Below, in pieces: positions 13,760 to 26,300 of a stretch of DNA of 64,000 bases (positions within the stretch are counted from its first letter, which is position 1; each line of letters opens with the position of its first letter). The notes beneath the pieces are model-generated. The model saw only the letters and a program-made list of their open reading frames with translations, did not search any database and had not been told where the DNA came from. Source of the stretch: Nageia nagi (lineage: Eukaryota > Plantae > Pinophyta); assembly GCA_050084985.1 (NCBI GenBank), contig JBITNC010000002.1, forward strand, positions 8,742,001 to 8,806,000, read 5' to 3'. Position numbers and translations under genes: made by a program.

Positions 13760-14427
13760 TGCGCACTAGTAGCATCTCCATATTTTGATGCCTTCACGAG
13801 GTGGTCGGCGATGCAGACGGCTTCCCACCTCGATCCAATTTACCCTTCCTCCCATTGGGTCTCTTCCATATTTTTGATGGGGAATAGTTAGAACTTTACA
13901 TGAAATCTAGAAGTCTGGAGACTTTGATTGGTTTTGGGAAATTGCTGCCAGATGTGGATTACAAAGTCTTAAGAAGAAAATACAATTTTTTTAATTACTG
14001 TTGATTGATTATGGAGGAGGTCTTGCTTTATGTTGCATACAAGCACTGACGATGGCGTGGGAATGCGTACAAAGAAGGACGTGCAGGTGACAGGCTGCAC
14101 GCATCGCCACCGTCAGAGTTTTCTGCACGCTAAAAGCACAAAAAAAAATTGACAGCCATATGGAGATGGTCATCGACTCATCACTCATGAAGAGAGCTTC
14201 AAAAAAAAAAAAATTTGATGTAAGATATCAGGAAGTGGAGTGATCCTAGGGTTTGGTAAAGGATTTGTGGGTTTGGTGATGTGCTTTCATTAAAGAATAA
14301 CTAAGTTTAGAGAACGTCAGGACTCTGATGGCCTTGTCTGTTGTTATAGTATTAACTATTTTGTTGCTACTGATGCATTGGTAGTACTATAGTTGTGATT
14401 GATATTATTATTGAGTTGGCTATCGTC

Positions 14428-14516
14428 AGAGGGGAGGTGGAGTGGGTGGTCGGAGTCGAGATCTGGGCTGGCGCTGGGGCCTTGACTCCACCGACACATT
14501 CCTTCAATTTTTTCTT
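14428..14516 (+). ncRNA. Candidate pre-miRNA hairpin, miR482/2118-like arms
   Basis: 5' arm GGAGTGGGTGGTCGGAGTCGAG (14439-14460) pairs at about 18-20 of 22 positions (including G:U) with 3' arm CTTGACTCCACCGACACATTCC (14481-14502). GU-rich lower stem. Not an exact match to any miRNA I recall. Confidence 0.5.
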
Positions 14517-14765
14517 CCTTCTTTTCCGATCTTCTATGGCCATGTTCTTCTTGTCCTGTTAGGGCTGTACTATACTGGTCTTGCATTTATTTTGCCACCA
14601 CGCGCCTGTGGTGGGGCTGGAGATGTAGCCTAGCTAGTCTTGATAAAAGTCTTCTGTTTCGTTTTGCTTGATATAGGAGACGGGATGGGGGATGGATATG
14701 GCGTTGAGAGATTTCTCACTTCTTGAGAAGAATTTTTCTGAGATGATGAAGGCATGGCTTGGAAA

Positions 14766-14886
14766 GAATCCATTCATGTTTTTCCACAGCTTTCTTGAAC
14801 TTAGTGCTCAGGTTTTGGGTTCCTTACAAAGGTCTCTTATGCGGGTACAAAGCTCAAGAAAGCTGTGGGAAAACAAGAAGGGATTC
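14766..14886 (+). ncRNA. MIR396: MIR396 precursor hairpin
   Basis: Exact mature miR396-5p TTCCACAGCTTTCTTGAACTT at 14782-14802. Star GCTCAAGAAAGCTGTGGGAAA at 14852-14872 with 2-nt offset. Lower stem closes with GAATCC/GGATTC. Confidence 0.98.
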
Positions 14887-16705
14887 GGTAAGACGAGGTA
14901 ATCGTGCCGTTTTATTGTCGAGATACAAAAGGTGAATTTCATGCCTGTACTGTAGAAAGCTGTGTTTTCTACGATTGGAATTCTAACTATGAAGTTGCAG
15001 CAACTATTCTTTTTGTTTTGTTTTTTTTTTTTTTTTTTTTTTAATTTTGTTGTGTGTATCGGTATTATGAGTTTATCTTTTTGCTTGAAGATCAAATTTT
15101 GTTGAAATCTATAAGGACGTTGTAGATTAGATTGCATGTTGGCTAGGGTTTCAACTTTCTGGTCACGGGAAAACTTTTTGCACCTAAAAAATTGTCCGTG
15201 CTTTCAAGCAAATTTTTAAAATAGATCCTGGTTTCCATCTTGAGATTTCAGATGTCAAATACTTTGTTTTTCCGGGTTTCTAATCCATTCGTATTAAACT
15301 TTTTCGCTAATATATTTCGTTCACAATGTTTAGTATCTCCATTTAACTCCCACACAGATCGGCTGACAATTCACTATATTCTGATTTGCATTACGTCGTC
15401 TCGATCTTTTTTGAGATCGGTAGCAGGCTTTAATGTATTGTGCAGGGTTTTAGCTGATCGCTGCATGCGTTTCTCTTCTCGTTCGACATCTATAGTTCCC
15501 AGATTTTACTATTTATAATGTTTAAATGGTTGACATGTATTTTTGGCTAAGGTTCAGGCCCTCGAATTGGATCTCGTTGATGGTGGTTACTCAAAATCTG
15601 TAGGAGCTTATTGATGCTTTTGATGTGGCATCGTTTGGTGGATCAAGTATTCAGACCTAATCCTGATCATGAAGAGATACCTTTTCATCAAAGCTATGCC
15701 GAACTTCAATAGGAGGTTGCTTTCAATTTATTGTGATGTTTATTCTAATCAACTTGAATCCGATGGGGAAAAGTAATTATTATCTATCACATAGCTTTTA
15801 ATTCACTCGACAGTTGATTATTCGTAAAATCAATACATTTCACCTGTAATAACATTTGAATTCAAAGGAACTGTTAAAATAAAAATTAGTACCATTTACG
15901 TACATTTTTCTTAATTTCTGTGGGAGGATGGTTGTACGTTTCTGCTTTCATACATTTCCCTTATCTAGTGCAATCACTGCTGGTGTGCTCAGTGGATTCA
16001 GCAACGGATTCTCGGCTACTTTAGAGGCCATGGATTTTAACTGCATGTAGAGAGGACACAGTGACATCACTGTAGTACTCAAATACTGTGTTTCTGAACT
16101 GCAGTGGATATTTACACTTGAAATAAATTTTACATTGAAATATATGTTAACATTAAAGTTGAAGATAATGTATCCTGGGAATAATTGGGAAATTTGGTAT
16201 TTTTATTCTTCATGATAACTTAATTATCAGAATGCTTGTTTTTATTTATGATGTTGCCTGAAGGTACTGAAATGGTTCATTTTAAATACGTTAATATATT
16301 TCCTACTGTTACTTGCTGACAGACGTTGCAGACGGAAGGCTCTTATGTGACTTCTGTCATAAAGTATGGTACAAAACGTTTTATACCTTGGTAGAATTAA
16401 CAGAAAACACATGGGTTTCTTCACAATGTAATGAACTCTGACTGGAAGCTGAAAGCTAGTCTCTGACCCTTGTATTCAGTATTGCTTTACAGCTGCAACC
16501 TAGGTTGTTTTATTCTCTGTCATGCCAGTTATACTTCTGGCTCCAGAGAAGAACAATGATTGAGGTTTGAGTTCTCTTGGCTTTCTGTTAGCTGAAGCGC
16601 TCTCCTTTATTTTTCGGACTTTCCTCTAGATTATATGTTTTTCATAACAGTATTGTCTTTATTTTTCCTATCCATATAATATTTCCTTTTCTTTTCTTCT
16701 ACCAG

Positions 16706-16849
16706 AACTTCAACGCCTAACCTCTATTTTCGCATACATGATGCTTTTGGCTGCCTGCATAGACAGAAAGACATTGAAAACGACCAAATCAAGCTGAAGA
16801 AAAGGTCGACTGTATCATCGCAAAACAGAGAAAGATTCAGGAAGCAGAG
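16706..16849 (+). other. Predicted 144-nt internal exon of the pri-miR396 transcript
   Basis: Strong pyrimidine tract TTTCCTTTTCTTTTCTTCTACCAG| acceptor and GAG|GTAACC donor. Purine-richer interior than the flanking T-rich sequence. Confidence 0.5.
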
Positions 16850-19800
16850 GTAACCCTATATATTTATTAATGTCAAGTTGATTTATATGTTATAAATTGG
16901 AAGCGTTTTCCTCACTTGCTTCTGCTATTAATAGGTCAACTCCTGATTCTTATTGTAATTGTCAAGTTCTTTTCCCAGATTTCACATTAAGGCTATTTGA
17001 AGGGGTAACCTTTGAAATTCACCATTTAGATTCCAGAAGTGGTTTTATATTGCGATTTGTTGTTTGCTATTGATAAGATAATTCAATCTATACTAGTAGC
17101 TAAATTCGAACCAGAAAAGAGCCAGTACTTCAGTAGTAGATAGTTGCTATTCTTGGAAATCAACTACCATCTCTGACTACAGTTCTATACATTGCTGATA
17201 TTTCTGTAAAGATCAATCTACAACCCTTGTGGCGTTGTTCCAAACGCACGCTTGCTTGGCTGAGAAAAGGAATTTTTAGGCGGTGGGGGCTTATCAATTA
17301 TGTACCATTAAATATCGGTACGCACAGTAGACGTCATGTGTAAGTCCTGCCATTTTCACATCGTATTCGATAGGGTTTCCTATTCGTAGGTTTCTAGTTT
17401 CAAGTCACTGGAGAAATGTCACTGATTTGAATCATTTCATTTTTTTCGTTTTGAGACTATACACTTGAAATCCAATAATTTCTCTACTTTTCTGATACTT
17501 TTGTATTCCATTTATTCACAACCTTATAGTAACTTTATAGTAACTTATAGTTTGTAGTCTTGTTTATTTATTGACATCAGTACCAGACTTGTAATGTATT
17601 GAGCTCAGGTTTAGCTCATTGACGGACGCTTAACCAGGCAGCATATCTATCTATCCACCTTAGCATATCTACTCGAACTTGAAATTCTTAATCAAAAGAA
17701 TCTTCACACAAATTAGGGGCTGATGAAATGAGGACTGGAGGGAGACCACCATTTAGTATTCTATTCAGATGTCTGAAGATCTACTTTCTTGCTGGTCGGG
17801 AAAGTCTGGATACAAGCTTTTGCAATTTGGAAGAACATTGATAATCTTTTTGAAGTTAAAAACCTTGTTAATAACACCAGGCAGTTGCGTCCATACACCT
17901 TTAAACATCAGCGTTGCCAACTAGTTATATGGACAACACCTTTAGTTTTCCTTTTTCTGCAATACAGATTGAATGTCTTTCACACTAATCTCTATTATCT
18001 CTACCCTTATAAATTTGATGATAAACATACATGTGATAATATTGTTTTATTTAATTAAAAAAATAATTTCGTTACGTAATACGTTACACAATAATTCAAG
18101 CTTTGAGCTTTTGATCCTATCAACTTCTACATGGTCTCTCGTTAAGAAGTTCAGAGTTTTTCATCTGTGACAACAATATTTAAGGTTGATTTGTCTGTAA
18201 CCATTGATCTCTGTACAAGATGGTGTTGAAAGCAAGACATTTTAATCTTTAATTTTAAAAGGTGATTAGAGCTCTACCTTACAGCAAACTGATTGGAAGA
18301 TTTGAAGGTGATGATTTGACATTCACAATATTGCTTACAATATGGGGTATTGCAGAGGGTTTTTATGCTTAATGAAAGTACTTCTCTTGGAATAGCAACT
18401 AGCTGCTACATCACTTTTAACTTTCGAAGCAAAATATATGATAAATTATCATGTTGTTAAATAAATAATTTGATTAAAAAAATGAATGGAAGATTTGAAC
18501 TTAAACAATATTTGTTTATAGATTTATTTGTTTATAGATTTATTTTATAATTAATAAAGTTACATTATCATCTTTAAAAATATTAAATTTATAAAAATAA
18601 AAAAATTTATATATTAATATGCATTGATGATCAGCCAAAAGAAGGTAAAACATACACAAGACAATGGAAGTGCCTAAAGAAGCTTCAGACATTAAAAAAA
18701 GCTAAGCACATTACTAATTAATTTTAGATGAGATCAGATAAAGTGTTCTTCTTTGACAAATATGATTGTCAAAGATATATTCAACAAATTACTACCTCAA
18801 AACAAACTGAAATACCATATGTTACAACTCTATATAAAGTTTAGAAAAGAAAGCTGTATTTAAAGAGAATTATTATAATATTCATTCTACAAAATCTTCA
18901 GTCAAACAACATTTAAACCAAAAAAAAAATTCTAAAACTAAATAATATACTTTTAAAAAATATTACTATATTTATTTACATTAAATTACGAAAACAATAT
19001 TTAGAAACCAGTTTCAATTGTGTTTTAGGAAAATGGATATATATATGCACTTACAAAATAACGTAAAACTGGATTCTTTCTTCTGGTAAATTACCACAAA
19101 TTGAAGCTGTGAAGCTCAACTCTCACAACCCAATGATGGGCTCTATCACTTCATCAACTCTGAAAGGACGAGGGAACAGAAGGCCATGCATTTACTATCA
19201 CTTTACGGGGGCAACTAAAGTTGGTTTATTCTCTGTTATTTGAACATTAGTTCTGTTACAACAAGATTGATGTTTGTTTTTAGAGTATTGTCCCCTTCCT
19301 CCTCCTCCTGCTACCTAGTCGATTATCTCTTTTTTCCCACTCCTCTCTATTATTATTTGTGTTCTGCCTGCTTACAAGAACTCAATGCCCAAGCCCGTTG
19401 CTTCTTCGATTTACTATGTTCATTATCAGAAGTCCATTTTCTTGTAAACCCACACTCCTTCCAAATCTGTGTAACTATGTGTTTTCGTTTTGGCTCCCAC
19501 AATCCGATCACATGTTTGCTCAATGCTGTTTCAGTTTTGCTTTGTTACGGGAGAACTTCACGTTATTTTCGAATACATATATCATGCAGTCGAGGTCCTA
19601 AAGGTCCCTATGGAGACGCCCAACCTGGCAGCCCAGACGGAAATGCACGGATCTGTTACGCAGCTGAGATCCCATAAGTCCAAAATGGCTTCTTTTCATT
19701 TATCTTCAAATACACTATACATACCACATTCAGTAAATAGGTCTTTATTAGACAAAAAAAATAGCTCCTCGGAGCTGTTCATCCAGGTACCGCACAGGTA

Positions 19801-22800
19801 CTACCAGCATTCTTTCATAATGCCGGGTCTAGTAATAGTTAGCAGCAGCTCAGATCTAAGCGGCTTCTCTCTCCGGAGGACTATCAGTTTCTGGCGTCAC
19901 CTGCGTCTACTTAAGCCTGTCATGCACAGACTTTTCCTAACGGCGCTCTCCGGACTCCCAGGCCATACTCACTAAATGCTGATTGGTACTCTCCTGACTT
20001 GCACACCTGATCCAGTTTTTCATGTTCGTCGCCGATTTCCCTCATTTTCTCAGGGCTCGATGCGGATCCGAAATCTTAGGGAACATACTACGGCTACCGA
20101 ACTACGAGGACCACGTTCCTTCATCAGGACCTGAGCACTTGACCAGGATCATATCTAATGGAAATATTTTGAAGCCTGATTACAAGAACATTCCTGTTTT
20201 AGAATGATTTGGGAGGGTACTGTGATCTTTTTTACAGCGGGTTCGTCCTCACTCCTCGTAGTATTAGTTTAGGATCTGGTATTGTTTTTTTCTTTTAAAT
20301 AGTATTTTGTATAATAAAATATTTAATTATTTATGAGGATTGCTGCTCTCTGAATATTTGGTTTTCACCACTAAGTTCTTATATATCACAGTATATTTGC
20401 TGAAATCACATCATTCCATATATATAATTCTTGGTCTTCAATTTGAAGATTGATGTTAGAGAAGCTAAAAAAATTACAGAAATAATATGATTAAACATGG
20501 ACATAAGTTCTACATGAAAGTTTTCCTGCCTGCAAAAATGTTCTGAAGGGTACAGTCAGTCTTAAACGTTCTCAAACTGTAAAGTTGTATAATTCAGTCA
20601 GAAGTAACTTGCATGATGGTACTATCAATTAATACTTTTAAACTGTAGAGCCGCCTGGCTTGGTATTTATCATCTATTTTTATATCGGAACACAATATTC
20701 AAAATATAATTACCGACTTTAAAACTCAGATTTGATGGCGTAAATATCAAAATGTCGCTTCTAGACATGGGGAATACTCTTACGTTTTTAAGTTTCTTAG
20801 CATCACGAGTATTTAAATTTTCTTTTGAAGCTTGTTGATGTAAAATAAATTACAGAGCAAACATGGGCTTATTCTCTGTATCAACTATGATCATAAGCTA
20901 AAAGAATACGCCCGGCAATAAAGGATGTTCTATTCTTTGTCATTGTTTCCCAAAAGCAGCATCTTAGTTTGGAACCTGTGATCTGCAAAATCATTATTTT
21001 TTTTATAATATCATGTTTTTGGAAAAGATAATGCATCATTTTTTTTAATAAATAACTGGATATTTGTTTTCAAAACAACATATCCTTCTTTTAATGTTTT
21101 CTAAAGATGGTTGTTGTTGCAACAATAAAATGTCAATAACTTTTCTAACAGTAAAGCAGAGAGATTTGTCCCTTCACACCCATATATTGTTCTGTGTTCA
21201 TATTGCAAGTGCAGGTCAGCTTCACTTTCACACAACAATCCAACTGGGTTCACGGTTTGTGACCGGCAACCGGCATTAGCTATATTGTACATTATGATGA
21301 ACAATCCAAGATTTCACCAAATATAGTTTACTGAGCACCACAGGTAAGATCAATGAGGAATTTTTTTTTTGTAAGCGGTGGCAATCTAGATGGATAATTG
21401 ATTGACAATACTGTGACTCAAAGTTTCTGTCACTTATGCTTGGTTTCCGGTTTCACATTTTCAAGTTGATAGGTGCTCAAATAAGATAAATGTAAAATAT
21501 AATAATTCTTATTTCAAAAGAAAGGAAATTGTATATAATGAAATAATGTAATTGTTATTGCTATATATCAATAATTTAGAAGAACTTCAAAATTATATGT
21601 TTAAGATCAAAATAATATAACTTTTAATATATGATAATGTTGATGATAATTATAAAATAGTTTTTTAATTCTATTATATTATAATATTTTTAAATTATAT
21701 AAAGTACATAAGATGATAGATACAAACTATAGTAGTAATTGTTAGAATCTATACTATGTGTAATTAATTGATAATCAATATTTTTAACCTATGTTTATGA
21801 AGAGACAATGAAACAATTTCAAATCCCTTAGGTCTTGTAGAACCATAGGGTATGTCGTGACAACATCATTGATTACATTAAAATATTTATTCTAACACGA
21901 GGTTATAATGGTACTAGTAGTCATATTTGAACCCACGATGAGGTAGAGAATATGGTAACTAGTTATCAATTTCTCTAGTCTAACGTAAAACAATAATTTG
22001 GCATTCCTTCACTTATGTTGAGGTGAATATTAATCATTATTGTTCGTAGTGGATAAATGTTTGATCATCGAGCCTTTGGTTGGTAACCAATGACATGAAT
22101 ATTGATGATGATTATAATATAAATTTGGAATCAATATTAGGATAAGGATCATTTATGTTGATAAGGTAGATCATGATGATTGATAATAAATAAAAAATGA
22201 TGATATTAACATTATAATGATATGCATTTTTTTTTTTGAGATTATTCGTCCCTCTTTCAAAACCTATAATCTTCATGTTATTTAAGATATCAATTGCATG
22301 GGTTGGGATTTTTATCAAGATCTAGGATTTTACTCATTGTATGTAGCGAAAACTTTTAGTTGATGAACTAGTTAAAAATAGCTATAATTTTGGATTCTCA
22401 ATTTTTAACTTGGCTAGTACAATGCACCTTTTTTCCCACCTTAACATGAAAATTTTATATGAATTTGTAAATTTTTAGGCTTTAATACCAAAGGTTATAC
22501 AATTTTTTTAACCTTTTTTTAATTATAACACCTTCATTTCTAATCATGTTGGGTTAGTTTTTACCTTGGAATTATTAAAATTATCCTACCAAATTAATAA
22601 CACAAAAATCCATACAAAATATTTTGATGTTTTTATTTCTATTCTAATGTACTCAATTACATAAGTTTCCATGAAAGACAAAGTACAATATGGTAATAAT
22701 TTAGCCAACTAAATACAATTATAATGAGATATCTTAGGACTTTCGAAGTACCATGAAGAAAGTAGGTTTGATGATCACTCAAAACTTGCAAATCTTGCAT

Positions 22801-23385
22801 CTGTAAGTTGAACATAACGATGTCATATTCTCTAACTTTGGACCCATCGAATTTAGATCCAACCTAACCATAGATATATGGAAATGATAGACTATTGTGT
22901 AAAGTTAACAAAATATTTTGTATTTGTATTTTGGGATGATGAGCTCATATTGTTTGCCCTCTTGGATTGTGTATGAACTTTTTTTCTTCTAGGGTTGTTG
23001 GTAATAGTTGTACGCCTTTTGGGAAGGGATTTATGCTTGGATTTAGTTAAGGTTGTTAAGTACTATAGTAATTTTACTATTATGAATAATTAAGACTACA
23101 TGTGGCTATAAAATTTAGATATTATTTGTATCAAAGGATTAGAAACCCTTCAATGCCTATAGTGGTGCTAGATCACCCTCTTTAAACCTTATCCATTTCT
23201 AAACTCTATCCATTTCTATCTTTTATCTTTCCTATCCCTTAAAATCAAAACCTAATAGATAAAAAGTTGACTTTCATACCAGAGATTAGTTTACAATAAC
23301 TTTTTACTCTTTATCAAAGAATTACATTGGTTAAAAGAGCATAAGTTATATCTTACATTAGGTAAATCAATAGTACTTTCTAATT

Positions 23386-26300
23386 TGATATGCCTACTGG
23401 TACTTTGACCCACTCATTCTGAATTCATAAGGTTATTACAAGACCTTATTGGAGACTCTGTCGTCAAAAACCCATAAAATTTCCCCTTGATAAATTTCAA
23501 GTTATATTCAAAATCAGTGTTAAATTTATATTCTTAAACTTGCTTGCCCTCTACTTTGCACCTCCTCACAAGTTTTATGCTAATAAGGAGAAGAGCAAGA
23601 GTTATAAGAACATCCTATATTTCTAAAATTTTATTCTAGAAGGAGATTAAAGAAGCAACCATTACCTACTATATATGAGACTTACAAGTTTTTAAATACC
23701 ATCCTTGTAAACCAGCTTCTTCCTCCAAACAATCCTCCTCATAGGGTTTTCATGGCTACCCAAGTGGCTCGTCCAAAGTTCCCACCATTTGATAATGGTT
23801 GTCCATTAAATTTAGCTACAAATGTTGTTATGCCTTAAGTTGTTATTAATAATAATCCTGGTTTTAATGGTCTAGATAATATTATTTCTACCTTTGAGCA
23901 CTACAAAAATGTCCTTAATTAAGCAAGGAATCATGATGTTACAACTAAAGATATTTTTCATCTATTTGCATGTAATATTTTCAAAGGCAAGATGGAAGAT
24001 TGGTATAGCTCCCTTCTGAATGCATCCATTACCACATAGGCTAATCTACCTAAGGTCTTTGTTGATGAATTTGATGAAGTTGTTGATCCTATGTCTCTGC
24101 TAACATAATTTACTTCTATCAAGAGGAAAAACAAGGAGAATGTTATTGACTTCAATAATCATTTTAAGAAGTCATGGACTAGAGTCCTAGTTTTTGTTAG
24201 ATATTAAGACTCTTTTTCCTACATGTATAATATGAAAGCTTTTGCACCCAAATTAGTTCACCTAATTAAGAATGAAAATGTTACTACTTTCCTAAATATC
24301 TATATAATTGTTATAGAAGTTGATTCATATTTAATAGTTGTGGGGAAGTTACCTACTAAAATTGCCATGCCCTATTATCCTAAAATGTCACTTCAATTAA
24401 AGCCTCTTGCTTTGATAGCTCTATTTGTTTTAGCCCTAATTCCAATGAGAGTTGTTGATCCTACAATAATTATTTCTAAAATATTTGAGCTTTAGGAGTT
24501 GAAGGCTATCATTAAAGACATGTAGAATAAGTTTCTATCAAGAGAAATAACTAGCCCAAAAAGAAGGTATGAAAGGTATGAACCAAACAATGAAAGAAGG
24601 ATGGTTTTATAATGTAAAAGATCAAGCATCTTCTTTTAGTAGTTCATCAGTTACTGCTAATACATGTGATTAAAGTTCCATGATAGATTATTGGTGTTCT
24701 ATTTACAATGATCCACATATACCAATTTCTTATGCAATCTGCATTGATCACTATAATCTGGTTATAGAGGGTAAGCAATTGGCTTCCAAGGTCAAGCAAA
24801 ACATGATAAATGAAAAGAATCCCAATATTGTATACATGACTTCCACAATCAATGATGTTATCTTTCATGTTTAAATAAGGTTTGCTAAGTAAGCAAATCT
24901 GAAAATCAACATAAAGGAAGAACCTCCAATGTGTCAAAGATCAAACCTTCTATTGCAAGAAGAGATGAACCTCCTACTACATCTAGTTTAGTATAATTTG
25001 AAGAAGGCTCTTCTATGCATGACATTTTAGGACCTAAAACATTGCCTTCCAGATATGAGAATGAAAGAGAGTTAGTTGCAAGGAGCTTAAGGTTGCCTTC
25101 AATTACTCAAACTCAAAAAGAGAAAGCTTCTCAGTAATACCAAAGGAGATACCAATCAAATTATAAAGATAGGCCTAAATCTAATTACCCCTTCAATATT
25201 TTAAATGAGATGAAGAAAGCTCCTTTAGCTTCTATGTTTTATGCATTATTGATTCTTAAACTGTTAGATTTGTTAAAAGAGTATTTAAAAATTGCTATAA
25301 TGATTTCCTATACCCTTGCCATATCTTTAGCCTAGTTAGAAATCATTCATGGGATGGGTAAAAATAGACCTTCTCCATTTTGCATTTCTTTAAGAATGGA
25401 AGATTAGCTTGTACACAATTTTCTTGTAGACACTGGAGTTGTTACTATTGTAATGTTAAAAGTTGTTTGTGAGGATATAAGTCTAAATTACACAAGAGAC
25501 ATAACTGGTGTTCTCCAGTTAGATGGTAGTCTAGTAAGAACTATTGGTACCATAAAAGATGTTTCTATTTCATTGCATAAATTACCATAATTATCTTTTC
25601 CACAAGAAATTATTGTAGTTGATCCACTCCATTTGTTTGACCTATATTTGTCAAGAGAGTTTATGAAAAAGATAGGGGTTATCTGGCTAATGATTTAACT
25701 CACATAGTTGTTCCTTATGGTGAGAGAAAGATAAATCAAAGGACTTATTCCTATCATTTAGAGAAGTTAGAACAAATTAATATGAATCTTTTGAAAGATG
25801 AAAAAGGACTATGTAAAGACCTTTTGAGCCACAGACATGAGAAAGATGACCAATCTAATCAGATGATTGAGAAAATGAGGGATGTTGATATTGGCACATA
25901 CTGTATTCTATAACCTAATTATGTTATTCTTGTTGTCACTCAATGAAGATTAGACAAAAAGATTTATGGGTAATGCATTTTAATGGAATAAAATGTAAAA
26001 ATAGTGGTGGAACTAGTATTGTTTTTAAGTTTCCATCTGAACCATAAAAAATATTTTCCTTTAGACTCACATGGAACTGTACAAATAATGCAATAGAGTA
26101 TGAAGCTCTTTATCTTGGCTTAGCAAAAGCAATCAAATTGAGATTTAAGCGTTTATCAGTTATTGGAGGCTCTAAATTTATCATTAACTAAGTAATGGAT
26201 AAATGTATAGTTAAGCATCACTATCTCAAGGCTTATAAGAGTAGGTTAAAGACCTTTCAAAAAGTTTTTTATTTTAAACTTTCAAGCAGTAAGAATATAT

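Noticed and set aside
13795-13890. Small hairpin CGAGGTGG/CCACCTCG and TTCCTCCCATT as another miR482 locus
   Set aside because: Only an 8-bp stem, with no ~21-nt complementary star arm.
14356-15137. ORF-track entries 14356-14586 (-), 14442-14633 (+) and 14808-15137 (-) as protein genes
   Set aside because: No recognisable domains. They overlap hairpins and a poly-T run and look like chance frames.
19942-19962. GGCGCTCTCC as a miR390/TAS3 site
   Set aside because: It matches only the miRNA 3' half. The CCTGAGCTT seed side is absent and there is no tasiARF sequence nearby.
20045-20130. Minus-strand CTGATGA..CTGA as a hammerhead ribozyme or C/D snoRNA
   Set aside because: No GAAA after the putative stem II, and no terminal stem or recognisable guide sequence.
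21500-23380. AT-rich stretch as a defined element or the 5' LTR of the Tat element
   Set aside because: Probably decayed repeat, but I could not find boundaries, a partner LTR or coding motifs.
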